DNA of 41,501 bases from a virus (lineage: Duplodnaviria > Caudoviricetes), in IMG/VR virus record IMGVR_UViG_3300032330_001524, positions 1 through 41,501 of that record; one strand, written 5' to 3'. The notes below the pieces were generated by a model. That model was given only the letters and a program-made list of their open reading frames with translations. It was not told the origin of the DNA and made no database searches. Numbering within the stretch: the first letter of the stretch is position 1; every line of letters starts with the position of its first letter. The position numbers and the translations under genes are program-made. This document shows, in pieces, positions 35,032-41,501 of the stretch.

Positions 35032-36096
35032 CTAATCATCTTGTTTTCCCGGCCTTAGCCATTGATCAATAACGGCCCGTGCTATTTGTTCTGTCATTTT
35101 CGGCGGTACGCTCATGCCTACCATATATTTGCCAATCGTGTCAGTCTTGGCGTGGTAATCGTCGGGAAAACTTCCAAAACGCTTTGCTTCTCTGAAGGTT
35201 ATTCTTCGGCATTCATCCCAATGCCTAATAGCCGGGCCCGATGGTAATGTCACGCACAAGGCGTTTTTATCTAATTTCTTTATTGAAAAGCCTGTTTGTT
35301 TTCCCGTCTCTCTCATTGCCGGCTTTCCATAATCTGATCCGCATTTTGTTTTGTGCCACCACTTCCTATCGTTTGCTGTCGCCGCAGTTTCTTCACGTTC
35401 ACCCGCCGTCAATTCTTGCACATCTCTTGTTGCTTCGCCAGCACTAATCCATCGGTGCTTCGGCGCAAATCTTAATAATGGCGCCTCAATATCGTTTCGC
35501 AGCGCACAAAAAAACACTCGCTCCCGGCGTTGCGGTACTCCACAATCTGCCGCATTCACAAGGAACAATTGCGGCCTGTATCCAATTTTTTTTAGCCTTT
35601 CCATCACAAGCTTCGTGTAACCTTTTGCGTTGCCCATGATCATTCCCTTAACGTTTTCCGCTATGGCAACGCGGGGCTTTAAGCGCTCCACCAGGTCAAG
35701 GTAATCAAAGAACAAGTCGCTCAGTACCTGAGAAGCCTGCCCTTCCCGAAAGTGCTTTTTTTTACCCCAATCTTTTTGCCGATTCCCCGCCATTGAAAAC
35801 GTGCTGCACGGTGGCGATCCATCAAGAATATCCAAGGCGAATAATTCTTCGGGAAGCTCCGCGGTTAACAAATCACGAATCGGGCAAAGATAATACAAAG
35901 GCGGGTTCAAGTTTTTTTTGTAATGCCACGCCATTTCCGGGTCGATATCGTTTGCCGCCACAATCTTGCAGCCTGCCCGCTTATACCCCATTGAAGAGCC
36001 GCCGCCACAAGCAAACGTGGACATAACCTTGATGCCGTTTTGAGGCACTGAATCAAGGTCCGATAGCTTCCAACTTATTTCGCTAAGCTCTTTCAT
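35032..36096 (-). CDS. C5 cytosine DNA methyltransferase
   Basis: TFACGGG, GSPPCSTFS, ENV, QRRERVF, VGMSVPP. Confidence 0.93.
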   Translation of the reverse strand: MKELSEISWKLSDLDSVPQNGIKVMSTFACGGGSSMGYKRAGCKIVAANDIDPEMAWHYKKNLNPPLYYLCPIRDLLTAELPEELFALDILDGSPPCSTFSMAGNRQKDWGKKKHFREGQASQVLSDLFFDYLDLVERLKPRVAIAENVKGMIMGNAKGYTKLVMERLKKIGYRPQLFLVNAADCGVPQRRERVFFCALRNDIEAPLLRFAPKHRWISAGEATRDVQELTAGEREETAATANDRKWWHKTKCGSDYGKPAMRETGKQTGFSIKKLDKNALCVTLPSGPAIRHWDECRRITFREAKRFGSFPDDYHAKTDTIGKYMVGMSVPPKMTEQIARAVIDQWLRPGKQDD

Positions 36097-36595
36097 TGTT
36101 AAACTCAAATTTACATTTCGGGCAAATCGTATCAAACTCAAATTCTTCCACGTCTACTTCTTCCGTCTGGCCTTCTTCCGCGCCAGGTATCACTCCCGCG
36201 GCCTCCGCCAGTTCCGCTAGCATCGTTGCCAAGGCCTGATTCCCCGTCTGTACATCCCTCAGCAGGCTGTCCAACTTTGCCGCGTCGCTGTCCGCCATGG
36301 CGCCGATAGGGTCATAGGTTGCGAGTATCTTGTCGGCTTCGGACTCCGTCACATCAAGCACTAGCACCGGTATTATACCGGCGCCGGCGGTTTCGCTCCT
36401 CAAGTGCCCGTCGATCAACATCAGGCCTTCCGGCGTCTCGCGGGCCAATACCGCACCCGCAAACCCTACCTCGGCGAGAAGGCCTTGGAGCGCTTCGGCT
36501 TGGGCCTTGCCATGCGTGCGCCAGTTCCGCGGGTTGGGTATCAGGTCACACGCCGGCACTCGCCTGAGCTCTTTAATCCTGTCCCGAATCTTCAT
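36083..36595 (-). CDS. ParB/Srx-like N-terminal domain protein with C-terminal CxxC
   Basis: LIPNPRNWRTH...LIDGHLR...CPKCKFEF. Confidence 0.85.
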   Translation of the reverse strand: MKIRDRIKELRRVPACDLIPNPRNWRTHGKAQAEALQGLLAEVGFAGAVLARETPEGLMLIDGHLRSETAGAGIIPVLVLDVTESEADKILATYDPIGAMADSDAAKLDSLLRDVQTGNQALATMLAELAEAAGVIPGAEEGQTEEVDVEEFEFDTICPKCKFEFNNERA

Positions 36596-36908
36596 ATTCG
36601 ATCTCCCCCGAAAGCCGGTAGTCCAGTCCCCTGCCCGCGGTGTGCCGATGGTGCAGGATGGTATCGTGTTCGTTGAACGGATTGAGTCCCTTGGCCACTC
36701 GCTCTGTCATTCTAGCGATTTTCTCGGCGCTACCCGGTGCCGTGTCTGTTTGTTTTGTATCTTCAGGCCTGTCACCGAAAAACTCCGGCAACACAATTCG
36801 GCAAAACGTTTCCCATGCCTCGACTTCCATCGAGATTGCGCCGCTAGCCTCCTCGATGCGCTCCACCAGCACTCTGATTAGTATCGTCTGGTTATGGTTG
36901 GGTTGCAT
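36573..36908 (-). CDS. Hypothetical protein with T.T.PGS.EK...R...G..PF...D motif
   Basis: Start revised to MQPNH; the motif resembles one I recall from planctomycete proteins. Confidence 0.6.
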   Translation of the reverse strand: MQPNHNQTILIRVLVERIEEASGAISMEVEAWETFCRIVLPEFFGDRPEDTKQTDTAPGSAEKIARMTERVAKGLNPFNEHDTILHHRHTAGRGLDYRLSGEIEYEDSGQD

Positions 36909-37317
36909 CCGCGGGCCCCTTAATGCCATGGATGCGCACCCGTAGGAAGGCCTTGTCCTTGGCCTTGGGCGGGTCGCTGTAGGTAATGGTAATACGTCGA
37001 ACAATGTCGTGATTGTCATCGGGAATAAGTCCGGCGTGAACCAGGAAGTCTAGTATGGGTTTTAGCACGTTGTCGATGTCGCGCCCCTTGCGCCACCCCT
37101 TCCCGCCAGTCATCCACAACCGCACCGCCACCGGCCCCGGGAAGGCTCCCGGCCTGCCGATCATCAAGTGAGAGATGCGAAGCCAGGTGAGGTAGTTACG
37201 TGAGCGGAACACCTTGCCGCGGGAACCACGTTGCCAAATGTGGTTAATACTCGGGGGGGGCTCAAGGTTAAATGTAACCTTGGCTAGCGGTGTTTGATCT
37301 GGCCCGGGTGCGGGCAT
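36892..37317 (-). CDS. rusA: RusA-like Holliday junction resolvase
   Basis: PPSINHIW...RDIDNVLKPILDFL...IPDDN. Confidence 0.85.
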   Translation of the reverse strand: MPAPGPDQTPLAKVTFNLEPPPSINHIWQRGSRGKVFRSRNYLTWLRISHLMIGRPGAFPGPVAVRLWMTGGKGWRKGRDIDNVLKPILDFLVHAGLIPDDNHDIVRRITITYSDPPKAKDKAFLRVRIHGIKGPADATQP

Positions 37318-37319
37318 CG

Positions 37320-37619
37320 CTATTCTCTCATGTCTTGGTGTTCTCTGCAAACCCACCGTAAGAGCTTCCGGGCCGCCAACAAATCCGCCACGGCTTCATC
37401 GGCGCCTTCCCATGATCGGCTTAGAATTTCCATCACTTGGTGCTGCACCCTGTCCACCGCAAACCGGTAGCGGAGGTTTGCAAGGTCTTGGAGTAGCTGC
37501 TTCCCGTCGGCGTTGGTCAGCCGCTTCCCGCTTTCAAGCACTGCGTCCAACCGCGCAATGTCTGCGCAGGTGGTCACCGTGCCTGTGGAAGCGTCAATCA
37601 GTTCGGGAAGGTCAATCAT
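37320..37619 (-). CDS. Hypothetical protein
   Basis: Tiles between neighbours. Confidence 0.6.
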   Translation of the reverse strand: MIDLPELIDASTGTVTTCADIARLDAVLESGKRLTNADGKQLLQDLANLRYRFAVDRVQHQVMEILSRSWEGADEAVADLLAARKLLRWVCREHQDMRE

Positions 37620-37629
37620 GGTGCCGCCC

Positions 37630-37815
37630 CTATTCGTCGATTAGGTCCGGTGGCTCCTGTGCTTTCCAGCACCGGCAAGTAGTCCGCTCTTGCTGAATCT
37701 GCGCCTTCAACCGTTCCACTTCTGCCGTAGCTTCCGCCCACTGGTGGGCCAGGGCTTCAAGCGCCGCGGCTAGAACCTCCGGCGTCAATTGTCGCTCTAT
37801 GAAGTCCTTCCTCAT
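37630..37815 (-). CDS. Hypothetical coiled-coil protein
   Basis: SD GAGG; tiles in operon. Confidence 0.6.
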   Translation of the reverse strand: MRKDFIERQLTPEVLAAALEALAHQWAEATAEVERLKAQIQQERTTCRCWKAQEPPDLIDE

Positions 37816-37818
37816 TCT

Positions 37819-38565
37819 TTATTCCTCCCCTTCATCGTACCCCATGGATGACATCACGCTAGCAAGTTTCCGTTTGCTCTGCTTCCAAATTTGGTCCACC
37901 CGTTGCCGGGTAATACCGATTCGCCTTCCGATGGCTCGCTCTGGTTCTTCGTCTATTATTGCCGCTACGACTTCCTGTGAGCGCGTTGGAAGGCTTCGCA
38001 GGCCTTGCCGTACATCGTCCACCAGGTGGGCCGCTGCCCTTGCTGGGTCCGGCTGCCGGTGGTCTTCAATGTCGATGGTGTAGGATTCGCCATCGGTGCC
38101 GCGGGTGTGCAGGGATTGCGCCGCCAGGGATTTTCGGATGCGCTCCATGCGCACATATTCAACCGCTATCGACCAGCAAACCCGGTAGCACCAAGTGCTG
38201 AAGGCGCCCTTGGTTCCATCGAAACTGTGCAGGTTCCGCAGCACATTCAACGCGCATTCCTGCTGCCAGTCCTCAACGTCGATGCCCGTCGGCACCCATC
38301 GGCGCGCCGCCTTGTAGACTAAGGGCAAATTGTTGTCGTAGAATTCCCGCACTTCCGGCGATGCTGGCGGTAGGATCTTTGACTTCCGATACGCTTCAAC
38401 CGCCACGACGTTTGCCGCCGCCGCTGTCGGCGTCCAATACCGATGCCGGCGGTTCCGTATCATGCCGGTGGGTGGCGATATGATGCCGCGGTTTAGAAGG
38501 TGGGTCACGTTAGAAACGTGCATTCCGCACATCACCGCCAGGTCTTTTGCCATAATCCGTTCCAC
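37819..38565 (-). CDS. Sigma-70-family factor with extra N-terminal HTH
   Basis: Region 2 NLPLVYKAARR...EDWQQE...FDGTKGAFSTW; region 4 LPTRSQEV...IGRRIGITRQRVDQI. Confidence 0.85.
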   Translation of the reverse strand: MERIMAKDLAVMCGMHVSNVTHLLNRGIISPPTGMIRNRRHRYWTPTAAAANVVAVEAYRKSKILPPASPEVREFYDNNLPLVYKAARRWVPTGIDVEDWQQECALNVLRNLHSFDGTKGAFSTWCYRVCWSIAVEYVRMERIRKSLAAQSLHTRGTDGESYTIDIEDHRQPDPARAAAHLVDDVRQGLRSLPTRSQEVVAAIIDEEPERAIGRRIGITRQRVDQIWKQSKRKLASVMSSMGYDEGEE

Positions 38566-38568
38566 GGT

Positions 38569-38754
38569 TCAACCTCCCACCGCTTCAATTTTCAATAACA
38601 AATCCCGCACCCACTCGGGGTGATATTCCTCGCCGCAGATTTCCGCCTTGGTGTTTTCGCGCAGCACTTGCGCGGTTTCCTTCAAGATGCCCTGATACAT
38701 CATGATTGCAAGCTTGGCGCTTGCAAAGTCTGAGATGATGTAGTTGGCCATCAA
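38569..38754 (-). CDS. Hypothetical protein
   Basis: Overlap with upstream stop; SD AGGAG. Confidence 0.6.
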   Translation of the reverse strand: MMANYIISDFASAKLAIMMYQGILKETAQVLRENTKAEICGEEYHPEWVRDLLLKIEAVGG

Positions 38755-39047
38755 ACACGCTCCTTGCTTTTTGATATTATTTCTCTTACTTGTCGTTCAA
38801 TAACATCGCAAGCTTCTCGCGTCTTTGGGTATTGTTTCTTCATATAATCTGTAGGCAAATAAATATGATTGTTTTCATCTGGATAATACTCGGCGCCTTC
38901 CTGTTGCATTACATCCCAAAGAATTACAAACTCAAGTCCAGCCAAAGCCGCGGAAACAAAAACTCTTCCGTCTATATATAGGCCTGCTTTTAGTGCCCAC
39001 TTGGGAGCCTTTGCTTTAGAGTTTTTAACTTCAGTCCATTGCATCAT
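38751..39047 (-). CDS. Hypothetical protein (AT-rich)
   Basis: Start revised to ATG 39047 after GGAG. Confidence 0.6.
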   Translation of the reverse strand: MMQWTEVKNSKAKAPKWALKAGLYIDGRVFVSAALAGLEFVILWDVMQQEGAEYYPDENNHIYLPTDYMKKQYPKTREACDVIERQVREIISKSKERV

Positions 39048-39139
39048 GATAATACTCCATAAATAGCCAATAAAAACAAACCGCCCAAACCAAACACAAA
39101 ACAAACCAGCACGCAAAAAAACACCCACGCCAATAACAT
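39044..39139 (-). CDS. 31-aa membrane peptide
   Basis: MLLAWVFFCVLVCFVFGLGGLFLLAIYGVLS; ATGA overlap with the next gene; below the ORF-track cutoff. Confidence 0.5.
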   Translation of the reverse strand: MLLAWVFFCVLVCFVFGLGGLFLLAIYGVLS

Positions 39140-39164
39140 GGCCACCGGTGTGGGCGGGATTCGT

Positions 39165-40310
39165 TCAATCATCTCTTGCTTCCTCCGCTATCCTCCTGCC
39201 GATCCACTGCATAACCGGCACCGCCATTGAATTGCCAAGCGCCTTGTATCGCGGCCCGTCTGGTGATTCAGTCTTCTTGCGCCAAGGTATATTGGTGTAA
39301 CCATCTGGAAAGCCTTGCAGTCTTTCGCATTCTGTTGGCGTGAGCCGGCGCACGGCTGTTGATGTTGCCACCGCTGCCGTGGCGTTTCCGCTTTTGCTTC
39401 CGCTTCCTAATGCGTGAGTAGTGTTTTCGCTGCTGATTGGATCTTGTGTTGGATGGAAGGCTATCGCCACCGCTGTTTGATTATCGCCCATGTTTTTTCG
39501 TAGCGTGCCTGTGACCTCATTCGTGAAGCGGCTTTCGCCACCTTCTCGGCCTGCAATGCCTGGCTCAAAGGCGGTGGCAATTAGTCTGCCTGTGTATGCG
39601 TCTTGTCCTGAGTAACTGCCGGGGTGCGAGTCAGGGCATAAGGCACCAACAACTAAATGCTCTCCTCTGGAGCTTGGCACTCCTCCCGCACCACCGCTTC
39701 TAAGGCAGTTCGCAACATTGGTGGCAATTCCTTTCCCCTTTTCTCGGCTCGGCGCAGGATTCCGGCACACGCTTTCGCACTCAAAAAGAACCTTTGCGGC
39801 ACGTTGCCAGTCTCCAAGACATCCGACAACGAAGACACGACGGCGCCGCTGGGCCAATCCGAACCACTGAGCGTCAAGCACTCGGTAGGCCCACCCATAC
39901 CCCAGCTTTGCCAGCGCCCCGAGGAAGGTTCCAAAATCCCTTCCTCGGTTGGACGACAATACTCCGGGGACGTTTTCCCAAACGAGCCATCGAGGTTTAA
40001 ATCGTTCAGCAATCGCCAAATAGGTGAGCATGAGGTTCCCGCGGGGGTCGTTAAGTCCTTGCCTGAGCCCTGCAACGCTGAACGACTGGCAGGGGGTTCC
40101 TCCGGCCAAAACGTCAATTGCACCAATTCTTCCACTATCCCACTCCCTATATTTCAGCATATCGCCTAGGTTTGGCGTTTCCGGGTAATGGTGCGCCAAT
40201 ACTGCTGACGGAAAAGGCTCGATTTCAGAATACGCCACCGCCTGCCAGCCTAGTGAATGCCACGCTACGGTAGCGGCTTCAATGCCCGAGCAGACGCTAA
40301 GATATTTCAT
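39165..40310 (-). CDS. C5 cytosine DNA methyltransferase
   Basis: MKYLSVCSGIEA, GGTPCQSFS, WENVPG, QRRRRVF, RRLTPTECERLQGFPD, LGNSM. Confidence 0.95.
   Translation of the reverse strand: MKYLSVCSGIEAATVAWHSLGWQAVAYSEIEPFPSAVLAHHYPETPNLGDMLKYREWDSGRIGAIDVLAGGTPCQSFSVAGLRQGLNDPRGNLMLTYLAIAERFKPRWLVWENVPGVLSSNRGRDFGTFLGALAKLGYGWAYRVLDAQWFGLAQRRRRVFVVGCLGDWQRAAKVLFECESVCRNPAPSREKGKGIATNVANCLRSGGAGGVPSSRGEHLVVGALCPDSHPGSYSGQDAYTGRLIATAFEPGIAGREGGESRFTNEVTGTLRKNMGDNQTAVAIAFHPTQDPISSENTTHALGSGSKSGNATAAVATSTAVRRLTPTECERLQGFPDGYTNIPWRKKTESPDGPRYKALGNSMAVPVMQWIGRRIAEEARDD
39653..40135 (-). CDS. Nested alternative-frame ORF in methyltransferase (beta-polypeptide-like)
   Basis: 160-codon same-strand ORF ending LSDVLETGNVPQRFFLSAKACAGILRRAEKRGKELP; arrangement like M.EcoHK31I alpha/beta. 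Confidence 0.55.
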   Translation of the reverse strand: MEELVQLTFWPEEPPASRSALQGSGKDLTTPAGTSCSPIWRLLNDLNLDGSFGKTSPEYCRPTEEGILEPSSGRWQSWGMGGPTECLTLSGSDWPSGAVVSSLSDVLETGNVPQRFFLSAKACAGILRRAEKRGKELPPMLRTALEAVVREECQAPEESI

Positions 40311-41501
40311 CCGGTAGCCTCCACCATTGCTTGCCGTCTCGCTCCTCTTGTTCCACCCGGGCGCCTTCCTTGGCTTTATATAGCCGACTTGAACCGATGC
40401 CAGAAGCCTGAGCATCATTCCGGATTAGGGAAACTCGCTTCGGGCCCAATGCCAATGCCTCCCGTAACCAATCCATGTCGCCCCCCAGGTTTGCCGCGGG
40501 CCTGTCCGGTTCGCCGCCGGTGGCGTCGGCGCCTCGGGGCGGGTCCAAATCGTATTCGTTGCCGGCGCTGCCCATCGTCACCCCAAGCGCCGGCGGTTTC
40601 TTGCTGTTGGTTTTGCTTACTTGCAACCGGCGCCGATTCTCGGCTGTTGCGTCAGGGGCGTCAAGGTTAATGACCTGCCTTACTGCGCCAACAATCCGAT
40701 TGCCCAAAACCTGCCCGCCACGGTTTAGGTGAGTGACCAGCACGATTGAAACGTTGGATCGGGTGGCGATCTCCGCTAGCGGTTTAAAAAACGCCTTGGC
40801 TTCCTCGGGCCTGCCCTGATTCCTATCGGTTGCGTTGCCGCACGTGTCCACAAACACCACCACCGGTTGCACTCGCCGGATTCGCCGCTCAAGCGCTGCG
40901 AGGTCTTCAATGCTGTCCAAATTGGTGCCGGCGTATGGGTTGGAGCGGTTGCCGTTAAGAACAATCGCTTCCGGTGCAAACCCGAACTCCCCCGGTATGG
41001 TCCCCAGTTCAGCCCATTGACTATCGGCTGCAATCCACATGACGCGAGAGCCCACCGGGTGCGTCGCCGGCGTTCCATCGGGCCACGGAAGGCCCAACCA
41101 TAGGCGCCGTGCAATGTCGGCACATAGGCGAGTTTTACCAATGCCGGGGTCACTTGCCAAGCAGGTAAGCGTCCCGCGTTGAATCCACCCCGGCCAAGTC
41201 CACGTGATGGTTGCCTGAAGGGCGATAAGGTCCGCCGCGGTTGCGTCTGGGTCACCTTCCGGCGGTATATCCTCCGGCACTGACTCCGGCCCGAGGTACG
41301 ATGCCGCGGGCCTTGGTGCAGGCCTTCCCGCGGGCTGGGCCTGCCTGCCGGCGCCAAGTAGCCGGCCAGTTTCCTTGGCGTTCTTCGCCGCGCTGCTAAT
41401 CTTGTGCGCCAGTTCCGGCTCTGTCCACGGTGGCGCGCAAGTCTGATTCCATTCTCGAAGCAAGGCTAGCGCTGTCTCCTGATCTAGCCCGAAGCCTTCC
41501 A
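40297..41501 (-). CDS. Primase-helicase, C-terminal part (RecA-fold AAA_25/RepA-like helicase)
   Basis: Walker A SDPGIGKT, Walker B VFVDT, LVTHLNR; joined to 1..1006 across the junction. Confidence 0.88.
   Translation of the reverse strand, partial: EGFGLDQETALALLREWNQTCAPPWTEPELAHKISSAAKNAKETGRLLGAGRQAQPAGRPAPRPAASYLGPESVPEDIPPEGDPDATAADLIALQATITWTWPGWIQRGTLTCLASDPGIGKTRLCADIARRLWLGLPWPDGTPATHPVGSRVMWIAADSQWAELGTIPGEFGFAPEAIVLNGNRSNPYAGTNLDSIEDLAALERRIRRVQPVVVFVDTCGNATDRNQGRPEEAKAFFKPLAEIATRSNVSIVLVTHLNRGGQVLGNRIVGAVRQVINLDAPDATAENRRRLQVSKTNSKKPPALGVTMGSAGNEYDLDPPRGADATGGEPDRPAANLGGDMDWLREALALGPKRVSLIRNDAQASGIGSSRLYKAKEGARVEQEERDGKQWWRLPDEIS
41379..41501. repeat. Terminal direct repeat (copy 2)
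   Basis: Identical to 1-123. Confidence 0.95.

Noticed and set aside
1-41501. Genome-wide UGA reassignment
   Set aside because: Many genes end in UGA with ATGA/GTGA overlaps and long genes have no internal UGA, so any read-through at 6072-6074 must be local.

Overview
The window is an apparently complete, circularly assembled tailed-phage genome of 41,378 bp (bases 1-123 recur exactly at 41379-41501). It has a siphovirus-like gene set, and almost every gene is on the minus strand. The order is: early promoter cassettes; CsrA-like protein; ssDNA-annealing protein; SSB-like protein; primase-helicase (spanning the junction); two C5 DNA methyltransferases; sigma-70-like factor; RusA; ParB-like protein; terminase; portal; a 1888-aa MuF/cargo/protease/scaffold polyprotein; capsid; neck; two tail-tube paralogs; a frameshifted tail chaperone; tape measure; Cys-rich tail proteins; a lysis-position cassette with a papain-like peptidase; and HNH. 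I see no integrase, tRNA or CRISPR array. A Planctomycetota host is inferred from protein motifs and not proven. The most notable observations are: (1) a small secreted-protein gene with an in-frame UGA in a CxxU context followed by a bacterial SECIS-like hairpin (candidate phage selenoprotein, 5943-6122); (2) an RNA-level control region with three paralogous sigma-70 promoter cassettes, each carrying an AAGGA-loop hairpin (CsrA-type site), upstream of a phage-encoded CsrA, plus a complete type I hammerhead ribozyme (3271-3321) and a second structured intergenic element; (3) the head polyprotein with [LI]-x-E cleavage sites bracketing cargo domains; (4) a methyltransferase with a nested alternative-frame ORF. 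All family calls come from recognising motifs by eye, with no database search.
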